Positions 8,838 to 19,201 of a stretch of 64,000 nt of DNA are shown in pieces; positions within the stretch are counted from its first letter, which is position 1; every line of letters starts with the position of its first letter. The position numbers and the translations under genes are program-made. The DNA comes from Treponemataceae bacterium (GTDB taxonomy: Bacteria; Spirochaetota; Spirochaetia; Treponematales; Rectinemataceae). The notes under the pieces were generated by a model that was not told the origin of the DNA, ran no database searches, and saw only the letters and a list, made by a program, of their open reading frames with translations. The stretch is from positions 384,001 to 448,000 of the forward strand of contig CAXXHO010000003.1 in assembly GCA_963667725.2 (NCBI GenBank), given 5' to 3'.

Positions 8838-10361
8838 ATGAGCGATGAAAAGCTATTCTATATGGGCATCGATATTGGCACTTTCGAAACGAAAGGTGTA
8901 ATTATCGATCAAAGTTGTTCGATCATCGTGACTCATGTGGAAAAACATGGGCTAGAAAACCATAGACCCGGCTATTATGAACATGATGCGGAGAAGGTCT
9001 GGTGGCATGACTTTTGTGCGACGAGCCGTGCGCTCTTGAAAAAAGCTGCTGTATCAAATAGTCAGATTGCCTGTATTGGAGCGAGCACCTTAGGCTGCGA
9101 CTGCCTACCTGTGGATGAAGACTGCCAACCGTTGCGTAAAGCAATTCTGTATGGGATTGATTCGAGGGCTCAGAAGGAAATCGCCTATCTCGCCGATTAC
9201 TATGGCGAAAAAGACGTAAAGCGTATTTTTGGACGTCCAATCTGCACCGGAGATGTGGCGCCGAAGATTCTGTGGCTAAAGAACAACGAGCCAGATGTCT
9301 ACAAAAATGCAAAAAAATTTCTTACGGGAGTCTCCTATATCGTCGCAAAACTCACAGGCGAGTATAAGTTGGATGGCTTTCTTGGTAGAGCCTCCTTCCG
9401 TCCATTTTACCGCGAGGATGGAAGCATTGATAAGAAAGCATGTAGTATTTTTTGCAGTCCTGATCAAATCGCAAGGACGGCTAAATCTACCGATATTGCT
9501 GGATATGTAACGGATCGGGCAGCAGACCAAACTGGATTAGCCGTAGGTACATCGGTCATCGTTGGTACTGGCGATTCTGCCGCCGAAGCGATCAGTACGG
9601 GGATACTAAACGCTGGCGATCTGATGCTCCAATTTGGCTCATCTCTATTTATCTATTGTTGCACCGATCATCTAGTCGAGGATGATAGAATACGGGGCAA
9701 TAATTATACAATTCCCGGGATGTTTAGCGTCGCTGCTGGTACCAATACATGCGGAACCTTAACGAGATGGTACCGCGACACAATTTTCCCCGATTTTTTG
9801 GCGAATGAATTGGCTGGAGGCGAGAATGCCTTTGGTACAATGCTCTCTGGTTTAGAAAAAATCCCCGCCGGATCTGACGGACTCGTCACATTGCCTTATT
9901 TCGCAGGTGAAAGGACTCCCATCAATGATCCGAACGCTAAAGGCATGATATTTGGATTAAATCTCAAGCATACGCGCTCTCATCTATATAAATCCGCTTT
10001 AGAATCAGTTGGATATTCTGTAAGTCAGCATATCGAGATTTTGCATGAGCTCGGGATAAAAATTGGCAAGGTAATGGCTGTCGGGGGCGGCACAAAAAGC
10101 CGTGTTTGGATGCAAATCATTGCCGATGTCATCGGTATGGATATCGGAATCGCTAAAGTGACTCTAGGCGCCGCATATGGGGACGCTCTTATGGCAGCTT
10201 TGGGAACCGGAAGGTTTAATAATTTTTCAGAATTGGAGAAAGTAATTAAGCTCGAAACTGTTATTACTCCCAACTTACGAAACCATGAAAAATACAAGGA
10301 ATTTAGGAGAATTTTCGATGTGCTTTATTTAAACAACAAAGAATTGATGCATCGCATTTAA
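8838..10361 (+). CDS. FGGY family carbohydrate kinase (xylulokinase-like)
   Basis: GIDIGTFETK, ILYGIDSRA, PKILWLK, LPYFAGERTP, VGGGTKS. Confidence 0.9.
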   Translation: MSDEKLFYMGIDIGTFETKGVIIDQSCSIIVTHVEKHGLENHRPGYYEHDAEKVWWHDFCATSRALLKKAAVSNSQIACIGASTLGCDCLPVDEDCQPLRKAILYGIDSRAQKEIAYLADYYGEKDVKRIFGRPICTGDVAPKILWLKNNEPDVYKNAKKFLTGVSYIVAKLTGEYKLDGFLGRASFRPFYREDGSIDKKACSIFCSPDQIARTAKSTDIAGYVTDRAADQTGLAVGTSVIVGTGDSAAEAISTGILNAGDLMLQFGSSLFIYCCTDHLVEDDRIRGNNYTIPGMFSVAAGTNTCGTLTRWYRDTIFPDFLANELAGGENAFGTMLSGLEKIPAGSDGLVTLPYFAGERTPINDPNAKGMIFGLNLKHTRSHLYKSALESVGYSVSQHIEILHELGIKIGKVMAVGGGTKSRVWMQIIADVIGMDIGIAKVTLGAAYGDALMAALGTGRFNNFSELEKVIKLETVITPNLRNHEKYKEFRRIFDVLYLNNKELMHRI

Positions 10362-10396
10362 GCAGGGACATTTCAGCTTTAAAGCGGAGGTGATGT

Positions 10397-11242
10397 ATGC
10401 TGAATTTATCTAGGAATCAACTTTCCGGAATGAATTGTCATTATATTCGGCATTCCTTCAAGTTTTTCTTGGATTCCATGCAGAAGATCGGTCTACAAAA
10501 TATTGAGTTATGGGGCGCATCTCCACATTATTTCGCAGAATACTTCGACAATAGCATGGTTTTGAATATGAAGCGTCAAATATCTGATAGAAAGCTGAAG
10601 CTCGTCTGCCTGACTCCCGAACAAGTTACTTATCCCATCAATATTGCAGCACGTGAAGAATATTTACGTAAACTGAGCGTACAAAATCACCTAAAAACGC
10701 TTGAACATGCCGCGATATTGGAAAGCCCGTTGATGCTGCTGACGCCTGGGTATGGAAACCTTGACGAGGATAGGAACGAAGCTTGGAAGCGTTCCGCCGA
10801 CTCCATTTCGAAGATCGCCAAAAGAGCGGAAGAGTTGGGCATAGTAGTCGCTCTTGAGCACCTTTCCCCCATCAGCTCAAACTTGATAAATACTGCTTCT
10901 CAATTGAAGGAAATGCTGGATGAAATCAATTCTAAAAGTTTAAAAGCAACGATGGATGTGGTTCAAGTTGGAATTGTAAACGAGACCGTGGATAAATATT
11001 TCATGTTGCTTGGTAATGACATTGTTCATATTCATTTCATTGATGGAACTCCGGGGGGGCACCTAGCATTAGGTGAAGGAGAATTACCGCTAGAAGATGA
11101 TCTTATCAGTATTTCGAAGAATGGGTACAAAGGTTTTCTTTCAATGGAAATTGCTGATAGAAGGTATTTCGCACATCCTGAAGAAGCAGACCTTTTATCC
11201 AAAATAAAATTCAAGTACTGGATTGACAATTTAACTGATTAA
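10397..11242 (+). CDS. Xylose-isomerase-like TIM barrel, FrlC (fructoselysine 3-epimerase)-like, paralog 1
   Basis: IELWGASPH, TPEQVTYPINI, LEHLSPISSN, MDVVQ, HIHFIDG, HLALGEG, MEI match the FrlC motif order. Confidence 0.75.
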   Translation: MLNLSRNQLSGMNCHYIRHSFKFFLDSMQKIGLQNIELWGASPHYFAEYFDNSMVLNMKRQISDRKLKLVCLTPEQVTYPINIAAREEYLRKLSVQNHLKTLEHAAILESPLMLLTPGYGNLDEDRNEAWKRSADSISKIAKRAEELGIVVALEHLSPISSNLINTASQLKEMLDEINSKSLKATMDVVQVGIVNETVDKYFMLLGNDIVHIHFIDGTPGGHLALGEGELPLEDDLISISKNGYKGFLSMEIADRRYFAHPEEADLLSKIKFKYWIDNLTD

Positions 11243-11325
11243 TAAAACTGCCATGATTTAGCAGGATTTTTAGTGAATGTTTTATAAAGCATTATAGCCG
11301 AATGAGGCGATAGAGGTGGAATATT

Positions 11326-13392
11326 ATGGGTTATATGATTGGAGTTGATGTTGGGGGTACATTCACTGATTTTTCAGTGTTCGACACGAAAACAAAGAGA
11401 CTATTTCATTATAAGCAGAGTACTACGTCGGAAGACCCTTCTAAAGCGATCGTGAGTGGTATCGAACACATCCTAGAGCAGGAAAGAATTAACCCAGACG
11501 AAGTGATATATCTTGCTCACGGTACTACCGTGGCGACTAACGCGCTCATCGAAAAAAAAGGCGCCAAAATTGGTCTCATAACAACAAAAGGTTTCAAGGA
11601 TTTAATGGAAATAGGTTGGCAAAAACGTCCGTCTTTGTATGACCTTCTCAAGAAGAAACCTGAAAGCTTAATACAAGCTGGTCTAAAATGCGAAGTGAAT
11701 GAGAGGATCATGTTTGACGGAACAGTAAGGACTCCTCTTGATGAAAACGATGTTCGTAAAGTCGTGAAATATCTTAAGTCACAGAATGTTCAGGCTATTG
11801 CTATATGTACTTTATTCTCTTTTATCAATCCGTTACATGAAAAGAGAATAAAGGATATCGTTGAAGAAGAATTCCCTGAGGTTTATGTATCTGCATCACA
11901 TGAACTAGTTCCCGAATTTCGCGAATATTCACGCATGAGCACTACGGTCCTGAATGCATATCTCGGGCCGGTCATGAAAAAGTACGTGCACAATTTCGAG
12001 AAATCGATTTTCGCTTCCGGAATTAGAGTTGCTCCTTACGTTACACAGTCAAACGGGTCAGTAATCTCAATTTCTGAAACCATAGGTTGTCCGATAAGGA
12101 CCGCGGTGTCTGGTCCAAGCGCCGGTGTAATTGGTGCGATCACTGTTGGTCAGCATTGTGGGATTAATAAGATTATCTCTTTTGACATGGGAGGAACAAG
12201 CACTGATGTAAGCTTGATAGAGAATGGCGTGGCACAGCTTTCAAACGAACGTCTCGTTGAAGGATATCCGGCTCGTATTCCTATGATCGATATAGTGACG
12301 GTCGGTGCTGGTGGTGGATCAATCGCCCGAATTGACGAAGGCGGCGCACTAAAAGTTGGACCGGACAGCGCTGGTGCAACACCTGGACCTGCCTGTTATA
12401 TGCGCGGAGGAGAAAAGCCGACTGTGACTGACGCCAATATTATCTTGGGGAAACTAAATCAACACAAGATATTGGGTGGCAGGATGAACGTTGACCTAAA
12501 TCTTGCTAAAGATGCGATGAAAAGAAATATCTGCGATAAATCGATGCTTGATCTGAAAAAGGCAGCCGCGGGCATAATATCGGTAGTTAACTCAAATATG
12601 ATGCGAGCTATACGTCTTGTCTCTGTAGAGCGTGGATACGATGCGCGTGAGTTCAATTTAATGGCATTCGGCGGTGCTGGCCCGCTACATGCATGTGAAG
12701 TGGCTCAAAATATGGGTATAAGCACAGTACTGATACCTCCTTCGCCCGGAACTTTATGTTCGCTTGGTTTACTTATGGCTGACACAAAATTCGATATAAG
12801 CCGCTCGAATATAATGATCGCGCAGGAAGAGAGTCTTCCTAGAGTCCAGAAAATATTCAAAGAGCTAATATTAGAAGGGAAAAAAGACCTCGACAAGGAA
12901 AAGGTCGCTGAAAAAGATCGTACGTATAAGTGTGCTATTGAATGTCGATATGAACGACAAAATTATGAGATCTCTATAGAAGTAGACCCTTCAATGACAA
13001 TGGAAATAATGGATCGAATGATGGCTAAATTTCATGAGGAGCATAACCGTTCTTATGGTTACTATAATAGAAAAATGCGAATACAGATGGTTAATTACCA
13101 TGTTACAGCCATCGGATCGATAATCAAGCCTAATTTTGATGGATGCTCTGTAGGTAAAGTCGTAACTCTTCCTAAACCCTTAGAGGAACGCGATGTACTG
13201 TTTGAAGGTAATGATGATTTTATTCTGACAAAAGTATATCAGAGGACAGACATCAAACCGGGATGCACCATCAGTGGACCAGCTATCATTGAACAGATGG
13301 ATTCGACATCGATCATCCCACCTGGCTGGGATGCATATACCGATGGGTTTAACAATATTATTGCATCCTACAGCGGGAGTGTAAAAGCATGA
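11326..13392 (+). CDS. Hydantoinase A / 5-oxoprolinase ATP-binding subunit
   Basis: GVDVGGTFTD, HGTTVATNALIE, SGPSAG, DMGGTSTD, GAGGGSIA, FGGAGPLH. Confidence 0.92.
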   Translation: MGYMIGVDVGGTFTDFSVFDTKTKRLFHYKQSTTSEDPSKAIVSGIEHILEQERINPDEVIYLAHGTTVATNALIEKKGAKIGLITTKGFKDLMEIGWQKRPSLYDLLKKKPESLIQAGLKCEVNERIMFDGTVRTPLDENDVRKVVKYLKSQNVQAIAICTLFSFINPLHEKRIKDIVEEEFPEVYVSASHELVPEFREYSRMSTTVLNAYLGPVMKKYVHNFEKSIFASGIRVAPYVTQSNGSVISISETIGCPIRTAVSGPSAGVIGAITVGQHCGINKIISFDMGGTSTDVSLIENGVAQLSNERLVEGYPARIPMIDIVTVGAGGGSIARIDEGGALKVGPDSAGATPGPACYMRGGEKPTVTDANIILGKLNQHKILGGRMNVDLNLAKDAMKRNICDKSMLDLKKAAAGIISVVNSNMMRAIRLVSVERGYDAREFNLMAFGGAGPLHACEVAQNMGISTVLIPPSPGTLCSLGLLMADTKFDISRSNIMIAQEESLPRVQKIFKELILEGKKDLDKEKVAEKDRTYKCAIECRYERQNYEISIEVDPSMTMEIMDRMMAKFHEEHNRSYGYYNRKMRIQMVNYHVTAIGSIIKPNFDGCSVGKVVTLPKPLEERDVLFEGNDDFILTKVYQRTDIKPGCTISGPAIIEQMDSTSIIPPGWDAYTDGFNNIIASYSGSVKA

Positions 13393-15134
13393 AAAGGAGC
13401 ATTGATCCGGTCACGGTCGAAATCGTAGGCAATCTTATCTTATCAATCGCAGAAGAGATGGGTGTAGCGATTATTAAGAGCGCATATTCTACGAATATCA
13501 AAGAACGAAGAGATATATCAACAGCAGTATTCGATCCCGAGGGTAATATGGTAGCACAGGCGGAACATGTCCCTATGCATTTGGGTTCGCTACTCGGAAT
13601 TATCAAGGAAATCTACAAGAAACATCCGCTTGAGGAAATCAAGCCAGGTGACATGTTCATGGGTAACGATCCCTACAATGGGGGAGGGACACACCTGCCC
13701 GACATTACAGTGGCCGTTCCTGTTTTTGTGAGCGAGATGCTTGTTGGATGGGCCGCGAATTGTGCGCATCACAGCGATGTCGGTGGGAAAGTTCCTGGTT
13801 CTGTTGCAGGTGACGCTAATAGTATTTTTCAGGAAGGAATAAAGATTCCTCTTGTAAGGGTATGCCAGAACAATAAAGTGAATGAAGACATCATCGGTTT
13901 TGTAATGACTAACAGTCGCATTCCCGGCGAACGTTACGGTGATCTTCAGGCGCAAATCGCGGCTAACCATGTTGGCATGCGACGCATGACAGAAGCCTAT
14001 GAGCGTTATGGTGATCTCATGATCGACTGTATGCACGAACTCCAAGACTACGCTGAACGCAGGCTCCGTGCTGGTATCGCGAAAATCCCGACAGGCACTT
14101 ATGAGTTTACAGATTATATGGATGATGGTGGATCAGCTTGCCCTAATCCGCTACAGATAAGCGTAAAGATCAATATTCATGGCGATATGATGGATCTCGA
14201 TTTTGCTGGAACCCATGAGCAGGTGGAAGGGCCAATTAACATGACTTTCAACGGTCTGCTCGCAACGGTATTCTATTCCCTTAAAACATTAATTGATCCC
14301 GGTATCCCATCAAATGCAGGAATTTATAGAGCATTCCATGTCATCGCGGAACCAGGTCTAATCGTCAATGCGGTGAACCCCGCGCCCGTTGGCGAGAGGA
14401 TCGATACAGCGATGCGCGTTGCCGACGTTATTTTTGGTGCGCTAGCTTCGGCCATTCCTGAGCGAGCCATTGCGGGATGTAACAGTTCTTGCACTTCCGC
14501 GCTATTTAGCGGCAACGATCCGATAGACAAGGAACATTATTATGTTTACTTGGAAACAATAGCTGGCGGCTCCGGGGCGACAAAGCATTCAGATGGATTG
14601 AGTGGTGTTCAAGTCCATATGACAAATACTTCGAATCTACCCATAGAAGCGCTAGAAATGGAATTTCCTTTAATACTTGTAAAGAAATATTCTCTGAGAC
14701 CTGACAGCGGTGGAGCTGGAAAATATCGCGGTGGGTTAGGAATTGAACGCGAATTCGAGGCTATGTTCGACAATATCACCTATACAGGTCTTGGCGACAG
14801 ACAAATATTTGCGCCTTGGGGCCTGGAAGGTGGCCTCGATGGATATGGTGGTGCTTATTATCTTACGCGCAAGGACGGGGAGCCTCAGCGCCTGCCGTCT
14901 AAAAGCACCAACATCCTGCTGAATAAAGGCGATACAGTAAACGTTCTGACTCCCGGAGCAGGTGGGTACGGAAAAGCGCGCGAACGCGATGAATTAGCAG
15001 TCTTGTGCGATGTCATTGAAGGGAAAGTGTCGGTAGAAAAAGCGGGAGAATTCTACGGTGTCGCCATAATAGATGTGGGTGGAAGCTACTCTATCAACAA
15101 AGAAGAAACAGAGAGAATGAGAAAAGCGATGTAG
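13389..15134 (+). CDS. Hydantoinase B / oxoprolinase subunit
   Basis: SAYSTNIKERRD, NDPYNGGGTHLPD, HHSDVGG, SGGAGKYRGG, TPGAGGYG; ATGA overlap with subunit A. Confidence 0.92.
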   Translation: MKRSIDPVTVEIVGNLILSIAEEMGVAIIKSAYSTNIKERRDISTAVFDPEGNMVAQAEHVPMHLGSLLGIIKEIYKKHPLEEIKPGDMFMGNDPYNGGGTHLPDITVAVPVFVSEMLVGWAANCAHHSDVGGKVPGSVAGDANSIFQEGIKIPLVRVCQNNKVNEDIIGFVMTNSRIPGERYGDLQAQIAANHVGMRRMTEAYERYGDLMIDCMHELQDYAERRLRAGIAKIPTGTYEFTDYMDDGGSACPNPLQISVKINIHGDMMDLDFAGTHEQVEGPINMTFNGLLATVFYSLKTLIDPGIPSNAGIYRAFHVIAEPGLIVNAVNPAPVGERIDTAMRVADVIFGALASAIPERAIAGCNSSCTSALFSGNDPIDKEHYYVYLETIAGGSGATKHSDGLSGVQVHMTNTSNLPIEALEMEFPLILVKKYSLRPDSGGAGKYRGGLGIEREFEAMFDNITYTGLGDRQIFAPWGLEGGLDGYGGAYYLTRKDGEPQRLPSKSTNILLNKGDTVNVLTPGAGGYGKARERDELAVLCDVIEGKVSVEKAGEFYGVAIIDVGGSYSINKEETERMRKAM

Positions 15135-15191
15135 TAATTGGTAATTTAGGCCCTCATATTTTAAAACTTATAAATCAGGAGGTGACGAGCT

Positions 15192-15737
15192 ATGCAGAGC
15201 GGTAAAATTCATACGATTCATTCTGCTTTGGGGAAAGCCAATTCTTTTATACACAGTATCGCAGCTTGCTTAACAGGACTGTTTCTTGCGATTTTATTTA
15301 TCCAAGTATTTATGCGATATGTTTTCAAGAGCCCAATATATGGCCTCGATGAGCTTGTCATCGCACTGATGGTCTGGTCCATGTCGCTGGGGTTCGCCGT
15401 AGTATATTGGGAAAACGAACATGCAACTATAGAATTATTATTAAAATATTTTCCAAAATCTGGCAAAAAAGCTGTCTACTATCTCACGAATATTATTGTC
15501 TTAATGTGCTCAGTTTCTCTTGTGCCTGGAGGTATCAAATTATTTATTCTCCAATCGAGAACAATTTCGCTTGGAGGTTTATTTTTCTCGCGAGCATATT
15601 ACTATGCGTTACCAATCATCGTTCTGGGATTTTTGCTCTCCATTATGAGCGCTTTTCGAACCTTAGAGTATGCAATCACTGGTGATGATTCGATAATGAC
15701 CTCGAAACCTGCTGAAGGAGGAGTAAATGTTGATTGA
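15192..15737 (+). CDS. TRAP transporter small permease (DctQ)
   Basis: Four TM segments, QVFMRYVF...DEL...H motif. Confidence 0.85.
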   Translation: MQSGKIHTIHSALGKANSFIHSIAACLTGLFLAILFIQVFMRYVFKSPIYGLDELVIALMVWSMSLGFAVVYWENEHATIELLLKYFPKSGKKAVYYLTNIIVLMCSVSLVPGGIKLFILQSRTISLGGLFFSRAYYYALPIIVLGFLLSIMSAFRTLEYAITGDDSIMTSKPAEGGVNVD

Positions 15738-17019
15738 TCCTATTGTTCTGGTCTGCTTCGGCTTGTTCATCGTGTTGCTCATGATCGAGGTTCCAATTCC
15801 TTTTGGTATGCTCTTCTCTAGTATTCTTTATGCGTTGGTTAAAGGTCAGAGTTTTATGATGTTCGCACAAAAGATAGCCAGCTCGTTTGCTGACTTCTCC
15901 ATGCTTGCAGTTCCAGCGTTCCTATTTGTCGGAATTTTCATGAACGAGATAGGGCTTACGGAGATTATCTTCCGTTTTTGTGAAAAATGGTTAGGGCACA
16001 TTACGGGTGGTTTGGCTCATGCAAACATCCTTGGTAGCATGATCTTTGCGGGAATGTCGGGATCTGCTCTTGCTGATGCTGGTGGTATGGGCGTCATCGA
16101 AGTTAACGCCATGCGCGAAGCTGGCTATGATGAAAATTTTTCCGTGGCTTGTTCCGCTGCCTCCTCGACGATAGGACCAATCATTCCGCCGAGCATAAAC
16201 TTTGTAATATGGGCTTTTCTCTCGCAAACTTCAACACTGGCAATGTTCCTGGGTGGTCTTGTACCGGGAATACTAATGGGCTTAGCGATGATGGTATGGG
16301 TCGCTATCGCAATACCTAAATACCATATAAAAGTGCCAACTCTTAAAAAAGCGACTTGGAAAGAAAGATGGGTAGCCACTATAAAGGCTCTTCCTGCTAT
16401 TGGAGGACCAGCGATTCTTATTGGTGGTATGATGTCGGGAGCTTTTACACCCACTGAATGTGGAGTTGTTGGTGCCGCTTATTGCTTTATCTTAGCGATT
16501 GTCTATAAAAAAATGAATTTTAAGATGCTCAGCAGGGTATTGAGAAGCACATTGTCTTCTTCAGCTATGGTGATGGCGCTCTGTGCAACCGGCTTGGTTT
16601 TCAACTGGATGATAGTGACAAGCGGACTCCTCAGTACTTTGGCTCAGGGACTGCTTGCTTTGGGTAATCCTTATCTCGTCTTGTTTCTTATAAACGTGCT
16701 CTTCGTCTTTCTAGGGTGCTTTATCGGATCGATGCAAATTTTAATAATGATGGCTCCTCTTTTAATATCCCTCTCTGACGGATTCGGCTTCAGTCTTGTG
16801 CACATTGGCGTCATGGCTGTTTTTAATTTAGTCATTGGACTCATTACACCACCAATGGCACCTGCCCTTTTCGTCACATGTAAGGCAACCAACGTTTCTT
16901 TTAACAAGTCGTTGAAATACACAGTGCAATTCTTGGTTCCCCTTGTGTTAATGCTGCTCGTCATCACGTATGTCCCTGAAGTTGTGCTTTGGCTTCCAAG
17001 GATTATGGGAGCTTTATGA
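15727..17019 (+). CDS. TRAP transporter large permease (DctM)
   Basis: FAGMSGSALADA, GPIIPPS, TPTE, GLITPP motifs. Confidence 0.9.
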   Translation: MLIDPIVLVCFGLFIVLLMIEVPIPFGMLFSSILYALVKGQSFMMFAQKIASSFADFSMLAVPAFLFVGIFMNEIGLTEIIFRFCEKWLGHITGGLAHANILGSMIFAGMSGSALADAGGMGVIEVNAMREAGYDENFSVACSAASSTIGPIIPPSINFVIWAFLSQTSTLAMFLGGLVPGILMGLAMMVWVAIAIPKYHIKVPTLKKATWKERWVATIKALPAIGGPAILIGGMMSGAFTPTECGVVGAAYCFILAIVYKKMNFKMLSRVLRSTLSSSAMVMALCATGLVFNWMIVTSGLLSTLAQGLLALGNPYLVLFLINVLFVFLGCFIGSMQILIMMAPLLISLSDGFGFSLVHIGVMAVFNLVIGLITPPMAPALFVTCKATNVSFNKSLKYTVQFLVPLVLMLLVITYVPEVVLWLPRIMGAL

Positions 17020-17050
17020 TCAATGTTTTGAGAGAATAGGAGGCAATGGT

Positions 17051-18040
17051 ATGAAAAGGTCACTATCGGTCGTTCTTGCTATGTTCTTGTGCTTCGCCAC
17101 AGTATCCATAGGAGCACAAAATAAAGGTGTCATGGTTTTTAAAATAGGTGCCGCGTCTACGCCTAAAGAAGCCATGGCAATAGCTGGACAAAAGTTCTGC
17201 GACCTCGTCAACGAGCGTCTCGCCGGGAAAGTAAAGTTCGAGTATTATCCAGGGGAGCAACTCGGAAACGAGACGACCATGTTCGAGAACATGCAGGTGG
17301 ATCTTCAGCAGGGATTGACGAACGCTTTCGATTCTTACGGCAATTTTTCAAGAGATCTGAATATCATGAGCATGGCATTCGCGTTTGAAAGCCATGAGCA
17401 TCTATTCAGGTATCTTAAATCCGATCTTGGAAAGAAAGCCCTGGAAAAGCTCGAGAAACAGGGTATCCACGTTTTGAATTATAATTTCAGGAAGAATGCG
17501 CGCTGCGTTTTTGGGAAAAAACCGATCACCAAGCCAGAAGATCTCAAGGGTGTTAAATTCAGAATCGCGAATATTCCCATATGGGAAAAAAATTTCAGGA
17601 CGCTCGGTGCTGTTCCCACAGTTGTCGCCTGGTCTGAATATCCGTACGCACTCATCCAAGGCGTTGTTGATGCTGGTGAATGCACGCGTGAGAACATCTA
17701 CCCCATGGGATTCTACAAGTCATGTCCTTACATTACGCTGGTCGACTACGCGTATCCGCTAGAATGTATTAGCCTTTCGACTGCCGCATGGAATCGGCTG
17801 AATTCCGAGCAGCAGAAAGTAGTCCAGCAGTGCGCGGACGAAGCATCGGATTATTATAACAGCGTGATAAACACTAAATGGGAAGAGGATAAATCGAAGA
17901 TCATAAAAGAAGGCGGCCATTTCGTCGATTTCGACAAAAACCTATTCATAAAGAAGATGGCTCCATTGGCGGCTGAATTGGAAAAGAGCAAATTCTGGGA
18001 CACGCCTGGATTGTATGATTCTGTACAGGCACTTCGTTGA
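17051..18040 (+). CDS. TRAP substrate-binding protein (DctP family), copy 1
   Basis: AGGAGG RBS, ATG17051 with signal peptide; YPGEQLG, DLKGVKFR, ALIQGVVDA. Confidence 0.88.
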   Translation: MKRSLSVVLAMFLCFATVSIGAQNKGVMVFKIGAASTPKEAMAIAGQKFCDLVNERLAGKVKFEYYPGEQLGNETTMFENMQVDLQQGLTNAFDSYGNFSRDLNIMSMAFAFESHEHLFRYLKSDLGKKALEKLEKQGIHVLNYNFRKNARCVFGKKPITKPEDLKGVKFRIANIPIWEKNFRTLGAVPTVVAWSEYPYALIQGVVDAGECTRENIYPMGFYKSCPYITLVDYAYPLECISLSTAAWNRLNSEQQKVVQQCADEASDYYNSVINTKWEEDKSKIIKEGGHFVDFDKNLFIKKMAPLAAELEKSKFWDTPGLYDSVQALR

Positions 18041-18049
18041 TATAAACGT

Positions 18050-18076
18050 TCTGGCCGCTTATGAAAAGCGGCCAGA
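18050..18076 (+). other. Stem-loop after dctP copy 1
   Basis: TCTGGCCGCTT-ATGAA-AAGCGGCCAGA, perfect 11-bp stem. Confidence 0.6.
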
Positions 18077-18112
18077 GATTAGTGTTTTATAATAAATTTA
18101 GGGAGATGGAAA

Positions 18113-19102
18113 ATGAAAAAACCACTGTTACCAGTTTATATCATTTTTTTATGTTTTACTGTTTTAACCATGACTGCTCAAACAAAAAATATCATGGTCT
18201 TAAAAATCGGTTCCGCTTCGACCACCAAGGAACCTCTGGCCATATCGACGCAAAAGTTTTGCGACCTTGCCAACGAACGTCTCGCGGGACAAATAAAGTT
18301 TGAATATTATCCTGGCGAACAGCTCGGCAATGAAACGACCATGTTTGAAAATCTTCAGGTAGATCTTCAGCAAGGTATCGCGAACGCGCTCGATTCCTAC
18401 GGAAACTTTTCAAAGGATCTGAACATCATGGGAATGGCCTTTGCTTTCGAGAACCAGGATCATCTTTTCAAGTATCTCAAATCGGATCTTGGCAAGAAGG
18501 CGCTGGATAAGCTCGAAAAGCAAGGATTCCATATCCTGACTTACAACTGCAAGAGAAATCCACGTTGCATTTTCTCGAAAAAGCCCATATCAAAACCAGA
18601 AGACCTCAAGGGCGTGAAATTCAGAGTTCCGAATATTCCGATATGGGAGAAAAATTTTAGAACCCTCGGGGCGATTCCGGTTTTTGTCGCATGGTCGGAA
18701 GCTCCCTATGCGCTTATCCAAGGTGTCGTGGATGCCGGCGAATCCACACGCGAGCTTTTATACCCTATGGGATTTTATAAATCATGTCCCTATATTACCC
18801 TAGTTGATTACGCATATCCCCTCGACTGCATAACTCTATCGACGTCGGCATGGAATCGCCTAGCTCCTGAACAGCAGAAAATCATACAACAATGTGCCGA
18901 CGAGGCATCAGAAGTCTACAACTCTATTGTGAAGACGAAATGGGAAGAAGACAAGACGAAAATCGTGAAGGAAGGCGGGCGTTTCGTCGATTTTGACAAG
19001 AATCTCTTCATCAAGAAAATGGCGCCATTGGCCGCCGAATTGGAAAAAGTAAAGTTTTGGGATACTCAGGGATTGTATGAAATGGTGCAAGCGTTGCGCT
19101 GA
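18113..19102 (+). CDS. TRAP substrate-binding protein (DctP family), copy 2
   Basis: Close paralog of 17051..18040; DLKGVKFRVPN; signal peptide. Confidence 0.88.
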   Translation: MKKPLLPVYIIFLCFTVLTMTAQTKNIMVLKIGSASTTKEPLAISTQKFCDLANERLAGQIKFEYYPGEQLGNETTMFENLQVDLQQGIANALDSYGNFSKDLNIMGMAFAFENQDHLFKYLKSDLGKKALDKLEKQGFHILTYNCKRNPRCIFSKKPISKPEDLKGVKFRVPNIPIWEKNFRTLGAIPVFVAWSEAPYALIQGVVDAGESTRELLYPMGFYKSCPYITLVDYAYPLDCITLSTSAWNRLAPEQQKIIQQCADEASEVYNSIVKTKWEEDKTKIVKEGGRFVDFDKNLFIKKMAPLAAELEKVKFWDTQGLYEMVQALR

Positions 19103-19143
19103 TCTCTTCATGTAATGTGTTGGTGAAAAGCATGGAATTCTGG

Positions 19144-19170
19144 TGGGAACGGCAGATTATGCCGTTCCCA
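19144..19170 (+). other. Stem-loop after dctP copy 2
   Basis: TGGGAACGGCA-GATTA-TGCCGTTCCCA, perfect 11-bp stem. Confidence 0.6.
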
Positions 19171-19201
19171 TTGCCCGTGATAAATGCCCATGGAGTAAAA
19201 G

